A DNA stretch of 26,236 bases, from assembly GCA_002269645.1 (NCBI GenBank), contig NIVC01005103.1, positions 1 through 26,236 on the forward strand, in the 5' to 3' direction. Below the pieces are notes generated by a model. It was not told where the DNA came from. It saw only the letters and a list, made by a program, of their open reading frames with translations, and did not search any database. Shown here piece after piece: positions 1 to 10,728 of this stretch (the stretch's first letter is position 1; every line of letters starts with the position of its first letter). The translations under genes were made by a program, and so were the position numbers. This stretch comes from Macrostomum lignano. Lineage: Eukaryota.

Positions 1-84
1 TGGATGTGCTCAGGAAGTCGTGGAAAACAGAAGGTAGTTTTTAAATCTTCCTAGAAACACAGTCCATTTCGCTCGGCTTTAAAT

Positions 85-418
85 CTATTTGCGGTACATC
101 CCGTTCGGATTCGCGCTTGCACACATTTTGTACCACCAGCCACCGAAACCGCAAATTCTTGAACAGGAACCAGAACCATACATGTCATTGTCCCGGTCCT
201 TGGTGGAGAACTGCATGCCTTTGTGATAGCTGAGCGAGTCGCTGCTCATATTGGAGCTGCCAGTCAGGTACGAGCCGAAGGTCATGGTGTAGCTGGTGCT
301 GCATCGCCCACGGTGAAGCCGGAGTACTCAGCCACGAAGAGGACATCCGACCAGGTGACGGCCTCGACTCTCAGCAGCTTCGGGGCGCTTCCGGTCAGCT
401 CGTGAATCGAACGGAGAC
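85..418 (-). pseudogene. Fibrinogen C-terminal domain (FReD) gene, last exon, with 1-nt frameshift at ~300/301
   Basis: After acceptor ttaag| (419-420) it reads (G)LRSIHELTGSAPKLLRVEAVTWSDVLFVAEYSGFTVGDA. It then shifts -1 into STSYTMTFGSYLTGSSNMSSDSLSYHKGMQFSTKDRDNDMYGSGSCSRICGFGGWWYKMCASANPNGMYRK*. FSTKDRDND, GGWWY..C and NxNG.Y are canonical FReD motifs. The stop comes before the usual GI.W...SLK tail. Confidence 0.9.
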
Positions 419-501
419 CTTAAGTTACATAAAACATTAGTGTTTCATATAGTTGTGCTCTGTGAACATCTGTGTGCTGAACACGGAGAAACTCAGCTTA
501 C

Positions 502-576
502 CGATCCAAAAGTCAGCGCCATCTCCGAAGCCAGCCTCGTACTCGAATATTCTGTTGCTAACGCAGGCATACGGTT
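502..576 (-). pseudogene. FReD gene, middle exon (75 nt)
   Basis: Acceptor tctcag| and donor G|GTAAGC. Encodes EPYACVSNRIFEYEAGFGDGADFWIG (EY..GFG...FW.G motif). A phase-1 splice across the 83-nt intron 419-501 gives FWIG-LRSIHELT, matching FReD EFWLGLENIHQLT. Confidence 0.85.
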
Positions 577-655
577 CTGAGATAGAGAATATTTTCGAAT
601 GCATTAAAATACCTCTTCGCACTGAAGCTAAATCACATTAAAAAGTTTCGCTTAC

Positions 656-963
656 TCGATTGAAGCAGTCGCCTCCGATAGACGGTCCGCCAGGTGCAGC
701 GGCGGAGAAGTCGGCGCCCCAGACCGCGGACATCAGGCAGAGCTTCGTCTCTCGAGCGACGGTAAAGGCTGCGCAGTCGCAGGGCTGAAGTGCGGCGCAC
801 TTTGTGGCGCACTTGAAGCCACTCTGTTCGGTAGTGTTTGCTGGTAGCAAGTTGATAAAGAAACTGGTAGCAATCTGGCCCGGGAGGCCATGGCGCTGGC
901 GTCCCTCAAAAGCTGACATGCGACAATCGCCAAGGATTACCTGAGGAGTTGGCAGCGGTGCAG
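656..963 (-). pseudogene. PAN/apple-like domain exon of the same gene; 5' boundary uncertain
   Basis: GDCRMSAFEG...FKCATKCAALQPCDCAAFTV..TKLCLM...GGDCFNR shows the PAN-like C-x3-C...C..F....C.L pattern. Strong donor CGA|GTAAGC at 655; 79-nt intron 577-655. Candidate acceptor ctgacagcttttag| at 964-965. Confidence 0.7.
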
Positions 964-2002
964 CTAAAAGCTGTCAGTAAAATCAGATAGAAACAAGAGT
1001 CATTCATTTTGAAGCTGATAAATAATAAGCGAAAAATGAGCTCCTTTCTCCAGTGATAAGTTTCTGCCTATTGCTTTCGTTTTATGCGTTTTTTCTTTTT
1101 GACTTCTTTCTTTTTCTTTCATAAACTTTGTGTAGAAAATTGTTTGACTTAACACATAATGGGGAAGCTATTTCCGGAACACGCTGAATCGCTTGGTCAC
1201 AGCTTGGATTTCTGGAAGACGGCATCATCTGGAAGAGCCAGTTGCCTTTACGCTTAAGTCTGACTTGACAGTGAATGAGAGTGAGAGATGGCAGAGCAGA
1301 GCCCTATTGCACTCGCAACCTGTCAAAGTTTTGTCTACAGGCTGTACAGCTCTAAACATTTAGTTTCCATAGCAACTCAATCTCTCATCCACATTGGGGA
1401 GCTGCAGCAGCTTGGGAGGCAGCCTTGGTTTCGTTTCTTTCTTTCAGCGACAACTCAGCCCGGGCCATTGTCTCTGGCCGCTGCTTCACCAAATCGACTT
1501 CCATCAGAGCCAGGAAACGCGGTTTCCTTTCTGCGCCACTGAGTCAGGAAATATTGGATGCAGAAGATGGAAAACTCTGACTTAGAGTTTGCCTTCTACA
1601 TGTATTACTGCAGGCTTAATCTTGGTGAAAGGTTGATGAAAAAACTGTATTAACTGAAAAACAGAAAGTTACGTAACTGACGATGCAAATTAGCCTACTT
1701 CAAGTATTGTAGAAGGCATTTGAATTGTTTCTATTGAATTTCGAGCTTTCAGACAGTTAGTCAGTTTGTAGGCCTTGGACTCTGCTGCAAGCAGCCATGT
1801 ACGAGCACGGACATTGCTCATTCAGGGTGTACAGCGGCCCTGATACTTTAACCTTCAGGCATGTGTAGTGTGAGCATCTTTTGCGTGAATTTTGTTAGTT
1901 AATTGATTGTATTAGTTTCTATATTGTTATTGAATTATTATTTTGCTTTAGTTTAGTCATACGTTTTTAATGTACTTTTCTTGTTAGTTAAAATCTAAAA
2001 AT

Positions 2003-3364
2003 TGTAAACAGGTCAGAAGTTAGACGCCAAATCTGGGACTCAGCGGAGGGTTGAGTTCATAGATAAAGTATACCATAAATTCCACCCCTGCCCAGAATGT
2101 ACACACGCTCGTGTCCAAACTTTGACCACCATAAAACTCACCGTGCTCTCATTGGCTGGCGCGAAAGCCTTCCTTTCAACACCTTCGATTTCATTCCCTC
2201 ACCCCTTCCACACAAGAAAGCTTTATAACTTTAATGCGCGGAACGAAAGGATGTCTTACCAGTTTCAACAGTTAAAGCGGAGATAATAGAAAAGCGGAGT
2301 TGGGGGAATGTACACACGTGGACTCAATGTGCATAGCGTGGCCCAGCCAATAGGAGCGCAGTGAATAAAGTGATGGTCACAATTTAGACACTCCGCGGGG
2401 GTAGGGGTGGAATCTATGGTATACTTTATCTATGGTTGAGTTTTCTGCGAACCCCAGCTTTGCGCGGCCAGCCAATCAGAACCGGCCTGGACCCTGGCAC
2501 GCGGCAAGTTCCAAGTCTACCCGGCGCCGCGGGCACAGTGCAATTCAGCTTAAGCAAGCGGCCGGCCAGACGACCACCACCCGGCTTGAGGAGGGGTTTT
2601 GAGGGGTTTGACTCTGACTATATATGAAAGTGTGTTTGGCAATCAGATCTCACCCTTCTCTCTTTTTCCCCGGCTTTGGTTTTGTTCCGGCTTCCCGGCC
2701 GTTTTGCCGATCTCTTTTTGGTTCGCGCTTTGAGGCGCCTGAGTTCATCACCCCGGTCCATATTTTTGTTCCCTTCAGTCTGGTAGCGTAACGATTCGGC
2801 ATCCTTGTCTGACGTCGTCGCTATCAAGCGCGGTTAGATAGAGACTGTCGGATTTGACCAAGTACGTGGCCTCGACCCAGAGGGCCTCAGTGTCACACTG
2901 AAGGGCAGTGCTGATAGAATTTAGTCAGTGCTCCGTTGAACGGTCTATTCGGCAGGAATCTCGTTTGAGTGTAGGTTCTGGTTTAGGCCAGGGGTTAGGA
3001 GTCTTCTCCGTGGTCTCGTGTTCGGTTTTTCTTCTTCCTCAGCTGAGATCTGCTTGCCATTGCGTAGCTAAGTTATTATTATTAATCGTTTGTCTCCTTA
3101 TCATTTTCCGCTATTATCAGTTCGAAATTATCTGCGCCGCGAATTGCATTGAAGCTTGTATCTTGAAGTAATCAAATTAAATCGTCTAGCCAATTATCAG
3201 TCTGTATCATATAGGATTATCACTCTCTAAATCTATTCGGTTCGTGTTCATCTGCGTTCTTCCTTTTCTTGTACCGTACTGTGACTATTGGAGAAAGACT
3301 GGTAGGACTCGCCGACCGGCGATAGGCGATTAGGGCCAATAGCTTTAAAATCTCTGACGCTCCA
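2003..3364 (+). mobile_element. Candidate solo LTR (~0.98 kb after removing the nested MITE)
   Basis: Starts TG(TAAAC) at an abrupt AT-to-GC composition switch and ends CA. Flanked by AAAAT at 1998-2002 and 3365-3369 (possible 5-bp TSD). CCAAT 2472, TATATA 2619 and ATTAAA 3176 lie in U3-R-U5 order. No internal gag/pol is seen. Confidence 0.35.
2058..2434. mobile_element. Non-autonomous TIR element (MITE), 377 bp, P-element-like termini
   Basis: TIRs 2058-2093 and 2399-2434 (CATAGATAAAGTATACCATA[A/G]ATTCCACCCCT[G/A]CCC) match 34/36. Exact 8-bp TSD GTTGAGTT at 2050-2057 and 2435-2442. Inner inverted arms 2111-2160 and 2342-2391 match 36/50. No ORF. Confidence 0.9.
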
Positions 3365-3444
3365 AAAATAGGTTTGTCTAGGGCCTAGATATTGCTTATC
3401 GTGCATGCAATATATATTCATATTGTATTCATCACACATGGACA

Positions 3445-3574
3445 CTCTGTGCCTTGGACGGTTGGCCCTCATGTGCGCTAATTGCATGGCACTCCATACG
3501 GCCAGTTTCTCTGTGCCTTGGAGGGTTGGCCCTCATGTGCGTTAATTGCATGGCACTCCATACGGCCAGTTTCT
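3445..3574. repeat. Tandem duplication, 2 x 64 bp
   Basis: CTCTGTGCCTTGGA[C/G]GGTTGGCCCTCATGTGCG[C/T]TAATTGCATGGCACTCCATACGGCCAGTTT starts at 3445 and 3509; 2 mismatches. Confidence 0.95.
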
Positions 3575-4179
3575 TAGCACGACCTACAAATTAATGTGAC
3601 GTTGGTTTCAAACCAAAACAAAACGAAAACAAAGTAATCGTTTGGTGAATTGGCACCTTAAATTGTGACTCACAGTTATTGAGTTACAGTTATTTTTTAC
3701 AATTAATGTTGTAGCATTTTGTTTGCGCATTTTATCATTCCGTTGACAAATTTGGTAACCTCTGCTTTTAATTTCAAAGACATTTTTGATACTTTTTCTG
3801 AAAAGATTGAAGGCAGCAAATATTACATTCCACGTAGCTATTTATATCGTTTCCGATTGCCTCACAGATTGCTTAATTAGGAAGCGTAAGGATTTGGGAA
3901 TTAAGGAAGAGAATATTAAATATGGAATTTTAACTCTAGAAATTCACATTTTAACCCGCGGCCTACTACTGAGAAGGCATAAAAAAAAATTCATAAAACC
4001 CGGTTGGCAGCAGGAATCTTAGTAAAACTCGGTCGCAAATCCGATTGAGGTTGCGGGAAATTTATTTAAATGCATTTGCTATGAGGATGTTTTCGATTTT
4101 TTTCAAATTAGCGTTCCATCTTCTAGATTTCATCATTAGGAGGCTTAAAAGACTGGAATGAAAGTAGAGATAAACCATC

Positions 4180-4817
4180 GAATGGAATGAAATATAATTG
4201 AATGGAATGGAAAGGAATGGAATAGAATTGAATGGAATGGAATGAAATGGAATAGAATTGAATGGAATGGAATGGAATGGAATGGAATGGAATAGAATTG
4301 AATGGAATGGAATGGAAGGGGAGAGGAATCATGAAATGGAATGGAATGGAATGGAATGGAATGGAATGGAATGGAATGGATGGAAGTGGAGAGGAATCAT
4401 GGAATGGAATGGAATGGAATGGGATGGAATGGAATGGAATGGAATGGAATGGAATGGAATGGAATGGAATGGAATGGAATGGATGGAAGTGGAGAGGAAT
4501 CATGGAATGGAATGGAATGGAATGGAATGGAATGGAATGGAATGGAACGGAATGGAATGGAATGGAATGGATGGAAGTGGAGAGGAATCATGGAATGGAA
4601 TGGAATGGAATGGAATGGAATGGAAAGGGAGAGGAATCATGGAATGGAATGGAATGGAATGGAATGGAATGGATGGAAGTGGAGAGGAATCATGGAATGG
4701 AATGGAATGGAATGGAATGGAATGGAATGGAATGGAAAGGGAGAGGAATCATGAAATGGAATGGAATGGAATGGAATGGAATGGATGGAAGGGAAGAGGA
4801 ATCATGGAATGGAATGG
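4180..4817. repeat. (GGAAT)n satellite with eight interspersed GAGAGGAATCATG cores
   Basis: Direct inspection. The ORFs at 4123-4914 (MEWNG.., IPFHS..) are translations of this repeat. Confidence 0.97.
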
Positions 4818-4867
4818 GACGTTCATAAAATACACATTTAATGCCAACGCGATTAATCGAATCGCCA

Positions 4868-5009
4868 TCTTCAAGGCAGGTAACCTGTGTTTAATGACAC
4901 ACGCCATGTGCTAATAAATAAAATGATGAAGTAAACGGGATGAAAAAAATAGATGAGAGGAATAATTGCCATTCCCAAAAGTCGTTAGGAACGTTACCTG
5001 CCTTGAAGA
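4868..5009. repeat. Perfect 17-bp inverted repeat enclosing 108 bp (possible MITE remnant)
   Basis: TCTTCAAGGCAGGTAAC (4868-4884) and GTTACCTGCCTTGAAGA (4993-5009). No convincing TSD. Confidence 0.7.
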
Positions 5010-5838
5010 CGTCCGGTATCCATTGCATGGAATGCATGTCATCTAGAATTACTGAGAGCTCACACGCACTACTCATAGTGGTTGAATTCAATTGTACATC
5101 ATTGTCAATCTCACAATACAGAAATAAAACTTAACTATAAATGCTACAGAATTCTAGCCTTGCAAGGACGTTCTATTGTGTCCGCTAAGTTAACCTTGTA
5201 CTGGATCAGACAACCCTAAATTGGATACTTGATTCAACACTCAACAATCACACTATTGCAGACTCGTCTTTCAAGTTTATCGACTGACTCTACTGGACCC
5301 GTACTGGTCCAAGTAAGCTAACGATTTTCCTCGCATTCAGTGCCTAATGAGCGAAAAACAATACCCCAGTGGGGGGCTTGCAGTATCCTGCTTGGTAACT
5401 GGATTCAGTACTGAATATTTTAAATGAAACTATTTGCTCGCCAGGCAAGATTATGTCAATGCAATGAACAGGTAGTTGTTGACGGTGGCTAACTAGAAAT
5501 GTCACAAAACAGATTTTTAATCTCGTATTTTAGTTCTATTGTTCTAAAGATCCTTTTTGTGTGACTCTACTTTTTCTTTACTATTAGCTTGGTTGTCGAT
5601 CATATTTGCGTTTTGGCTCGGCTTCATCTTACAGGGTGAGAGGCTCTGGTCTATAGCAATGCAATAGATAGTAACTTTAGGAAGATTTAGAGTACCCTAG
5701 CGACATCGTCTCACAACTATGGGATACCTGACAAAGGTCAGGATGTCTATACACCCTTTGTGTGAGTGTGTGGGGGCCGAGGCCGTACGTCTATTTTTAT
5801 AGGCATTGTGTTACGTCACTGATCCCTGCTGCTGGAGG

Positions 5839-6212
5839 GCGTGTGATTCCCTCTTAGCTAGCGTGTGATTCCCTCTTAGCTAGCGTGTGATTCCCTCTTA
5901 GCTAGCGTGTGATTCCCTCTTAGCTAGCGTGTGATTCCCTCTTAGCTAGCGTGTGATTCCCTCTTAGCTAGCGTGTGATTCCCTCTTAGCTAGCGTGTGA
6001 TTCCCTCTTAGCTAGCGTGTGATTCCCTCTTAGCTAGCGTGTGATTCCCTCTTAGCTAGCGTGTGATTCCCTCTTAGCTAGCGTGTGATTCCCTCTTAGC
6101 TAGCGTGTGATTCCCTCTTAGCTAGCGTGTGATTCCCTCTTAGCTAGCGTGTGATTCCCTCTTAGCTAGCGTGTGATTCCCTCTTAGCTAGCGTGTGATT
6201 CCCTCTTAGCTA
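5839..6212. repeat. Minisatellite, 17 identical 22-bp units
   Basis: Unit GCGTGTGATTCCCTCTTAGCTA. The first copy starts at 5839 and the last at 6191; no variants seen. Confidence 0.98.
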
Positions 6213-8936
6213 GCAACGGCAGGGCCAAAACACACGCAGCAATAGTTTTTACACTAAACTAGCGCGTTGCTACGGGTGCGAGACAGATTATTTGATATCA
6301 GTTAATTGCAAGGTTGAGTCAGGTGGTTAGTGGAGGTCAGTCCGATCGTCCGTTGCGCACGTCAGGCCACCCGTCCAGCGCCCTCGGCTATCGACCTCGC
6401 GGCTTCTTCTCCCTATCTGCCTGGGACTCTGCCTGGTACCTCGTCATCTCGCTTGGGCTGGCATCAGTGATGAAAGGGTGGCTGTTAGACTCTTGTCATC
6501 CCTACATCTCTGTTGCTGTCCTCTAATTGTCCCCATTTGGCACCTTATCTTTTGGCCTCTGCTTTTGCTTTTCTAACTCAACTTTCACCCAGCTTGATAT
6601 TCTTTCTAGCCTTGACCTTTAGTGTAACTCATTCTTTGCTAATATCTAATCCGCGTTGATTTTAAAAGCAACTTCCCACCGCCCTCGCGGCAAATAACCA
6701 AATGAAATCAAACGATGCCCATTGGCACACTAAATCGCATTTCTAAGCTTGTATCCATACGCATGAAATTACCTGTTCTTGCAAAACTCGCATGGATAAA
6801 AGTAACTGCCTAATGGATGTTAGATAAAGGCGGGATAAAAGAATAAATAATATTATTAAAGAGCATCAAATCAGAAATGCGCTTTCTAACCTTTCGCGGA
6901 GACTCTGCATTCGCGCATGATAAAAGCAAGGGCTGCCAGTCAACCCCTCCCCTGGCTGCATGCTTCCGATAAATTTGTCTTACAAGTCCCTCTGACAGCA
7001 CTTAAAAGGTACAAAAGTTCAACGGCAACAAAAAGTCTCCTTGGTTTGGATTTAGAAAATGTCAGGTGATAATCCCTCCCTTCTTGGCTTGTAGTTTATC
7101 CTTTAAACTCGAACAGCTGAAGTTTCGGAAATCTGTTCAATATGTCCTTTTGCAGATATCGCGGGTTAGGGTCTTTTCTTAGAAATTAGATTTTGCAGTT
7201 TGAAGCAAACCCCGACTGATTGAGTTATCAGTGTCATTCTTCCCTTTGCATGCAAAAAGAAATGAAACGACACCCCCTTTTGTGAATGGCTATTTTTAGT
7301 CGGGCTGCCGGGATGTTCGTGCAGGTTATCGAATCTTCCTGGCCAATTTTAGCCAGTCTGCATCACTCAGCTCAGGAAAAGCAGAAGCTGTGCGCACTTC
7401 AGCAGGCTTTTAGGGTCCCATCTCAGATTTAAACTCCGCTCAAATGAGTTTTTAAAAAATGAATTATAGAGTCAAGGTACGGCTAGTGAGCAAGCGAGGG
7501 TTGTCCGGAAAGTTGTTACCATTTTAATCCCAGAGCAAAAACAGTAGCAGCTGCAAGCTGCGTGCATGTTGGTCATTTCATTTAAAAGTTATGTGTGAAA
7601 ACCATCACAATGCCACTTATAGTCAGGAGGTAGGAGAGGAGAGAAGAAGAGAAGGGAGAGGGAGAGAAAAGTTTACTCCAGCAGGGATCATTGCTGGACA
7701 AGGTTCAATGCATTCTCTCCCGTGGTCTTTACTGTAAGACCATCAGTGGCATTGCGAAGGTTTTTCCCACATAAATTTTGATTAAAATGACCGAAATACA
7801 CGCGACTGAATTCATTGGAAAGGAGAGATGTGCCGCTTTAAAATGACTTTAAATTTGTGCTTGCAGCTGCCGCTGTTTTTGCTCTGGGATTAAAAGGGTT
7901 AAGAACTTTCCGGACACCCGTTGTAGTATTTATCGAGAGTCTAGCGCTAATCAATCACATAAAAGACCCAGTGAGACAGTGACTGAAAAGGATGGCAAGG
8001 CAACACAGTCAAGGGCAAGTGAAGCAGGAGCAGGACAGGATTTCCTCTCCGCGTCTATCTGGGGCCCGGGCTGTCAGGTTTTAACTCGATTTATCAATAT
8101 TCGCGCGGTCGCTTCTGCCGCCTCAGGCTCAGGCGGTGCCTGCAGTTCCGCAAACTGCCAGATAAGGCGAGACAGGCGGCCGCTCCAGGGAAAAGTCTGC
8201 AGGCGGTTAAGCCTCTATCAAGCACCGGGGCCTCGGCTCAAATTCGAGTCATAAAACAGAATATACAGCTACGGTATATGCAAGCTATCTGGTTGCTACC
8301 CAATGTTTAAACTGCAGCCCGTGGCAGTGAAAGCCAATGGGACGGGGCCGCTACAGCGCTTGCCAGAATGTGAATCGATGCAGCCCAAACTTGGCCGGCA
8401 GAGTTCGGTACTCGATATCGAAAAATCAATTCAGTTACGTAGACGGCAAGCTGGGCAGGACATGACAGGGGAGGGAACGAATTTGAAGCAACTGCAGAGC
8501 CTAATTTGCCTGAAGATTCACCTGACATGCACGAGGTCCATTAATAGAACTGCAGAAGACAAAGTTTTTTCTTCATTTTGAACACTTCTGAGTCTGGCAG
8601 GAGCGAGGAAGCGCGTTGTGGAAAGAGTGGCACAAAGAAAGCACTGGATTGGCATGTGAAGTCTTGCCAAATCAAAGCAGTAAGACTCATTGTTCAAATT
8701 TGTCAAATCATTTCGGCACAATAAAGGAAGCGAGGAGTCTGACTTTTAATTTTGACTGCGACTCCTGTCTATAATGCGAGTTCTTTTATAAATTTAGTTT
8801 GCTTTATTTTCACCTCCATTGCCACTGCTGTCACTATAAAAATGGTTACAATTACTGCTTTACAGGATTTAATTTCGGCTATGCTCAGCAAAAATGAAAA
8901 GAAGTTATAAAGTTTCGCTGGAAAAAAACATTCAAA

Positions 8937-9177
8937 ACTGCAGTTTTGTCTATGGCCCTGCAGAAAGCTCTGTCTAGGGTAGTGCAAGACAAGGCCAGAC
9001 TGCAGTTTTGTCTATGGCCCTGCAGAAAGCTCTGTCTAGGGTAGTGCAAGACAAGGCCAGACTGCAGTTTTGTCTATGGCCCTGCAGAAAGCTCTGTCTA
9101 GGGTAGTGCAAGACAAGGCCAGACTGCAGTTTTGTCTATGGCCCGTATGCAGAAAGCTCTGTCTAGGGTAGTGCAAG
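8937..9177. repeat. Tandem repeat, ~3.9 x 62 bp
   Basis: Unit ACTGCAGTTTTGTCTATGGCCCTGCAGAAAGCTCTGTCTAGGGTAGTGCAAGACAAGGCCAG at 8937, 8999, 9061 and 9123. The fourth copy has a GTA insertion and is truncated. Confidence 0.96.
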
Positions 9178-10593
9178 GCAGGACTTGGATTCGGTATGCA
9201 GAAAGGCGAAGCCATGAGCCAGTCTTACCATAGACAGCTCAGTCTAGGCTAATCGGTCAACAAGAAGCAAATATTCTGTTGATTCAGTTCAGTGAGACCT
9301 TCGTCAACAGCGCGAAATTCCGTGATCGACTGGAGCCACTGCAGCTATGTACCCTCGTATCTTGGTACTGGCAGCTTTCAGCAGAACCTGGCTGCCTTCG
9401 GAAGAATCAACCAGAGCATTCTGGGAAGCGATCACTGAATCTGAGAATAAGAATTCAGAGACAAAATGAGCAATGAGATTTTTCAACCGAAGAAATCACT
9501 CGACTAATGTACAGACCCTTTGTGATGCCTCGAGATTTTTGAAGATTCCGGCTATCTGGTTATCTATCCTCTTCAGAAAATGTCTGTCCAGTTTGGACCA
9601 TAGACAACGGGGAATTCCCTAAAATGACACCAAATTTAGGCGCTCGGTCTAGCCTAGATTACAGATTTTATGCTTACCGATTACAAGACCAATACAAGAC
9701 AGAACTATCCACTCCGGACCAGCTAGTCGGTACTCAGCTCTCTGCATGCGGCCAATATGAGTAGGTTAAATTTATCGGGCCAGTTGTCAGTCGCTAAGCA
9801 TAGTTTATTTTTTAATGCCACTAACTTTGTTCAAGCTCGGCCCGATCCCCGAGCTACAAAAACGCCTCATTAAGACCGATCCATTGAGTGCTGGAGAAAC
9901 TCCATACCTACTGGCTAACGCAATTGTGGCTCCACTTCACCTCCAAGCCGTGGTGGCGCCCAACTCAATACTCAAATTTATTATTAATAGCAAAGCATCG
10001 AATGAGGGCAATTTCAGAGAGAAAATTGAAACAGTTTAAGACTCAATATAAGCCTAGCTACTCCGGGTTAAGTGGGCGTCATGAAACATTCATTAAGTTG
10101 TGCATCAGCTTTCCTGGGGGGGGGGGTTGTGAGAAAAGACAGAGACTGCTCAGGACAGGCGGGAGAATTGTGAGCAGGCTTGCAGGGAAGCTGCGATGAT
10201 GCTGGCTGACACAGGCGGCAGACCGTGTATTGATTGACAGGATTAGGAATTAGCAGTCTGGGAACAAGTTGAGAGTCCACGCCTGGGCGCCTGAGCCAAA
10301 CAGAGGGCTTTGATCGGTTGGATGAGCCGCGACTAAAAATACCCAGAGAGTGAAATTTCTTGAAGACTCGTGCAGGATGCCTGAAGCTTTTGTAAGGAGA
10401 AGTTGATCAGATAGATAGAGAGAAAGATTTCAGAGTTGGAGCAAAAATTGAGGCCCCGGTAAAGATAGAGGCTTAGATGGACCTGGGAAAATTGCCCACA
10501 AGACCAATTACACATGAGCGGGAGCGTGAGCAGGGCCTACACGATGCGCGTCTGCAAGAGAAAAAAAAAGTGAAAAGGCGCCACGCAGCGCGG

Positions 10594-10728
<135 letters not shown>

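Noticed and set aside
4123-4914. Long ORFs MEWNG.../IPFHS...
   Set aside because: Translations of the (GGAAT)n satellite, which lacks stops in several frames.
6314-6526. GC-rich patch possibly from a LINE/RTE 3' end
   Set aside because: No RT or endonuclease motif and no tail repeat recognised; too weak.
7890-7902. AAAGGGTTAA resembling a piggyBac right end
   Set aside because: No matching TTAACCCT left end found in the window.
9279-9476. Short coding-like patch
   Set aside because: Three frames are equally plausible; no motif and no flanking splice pair established.
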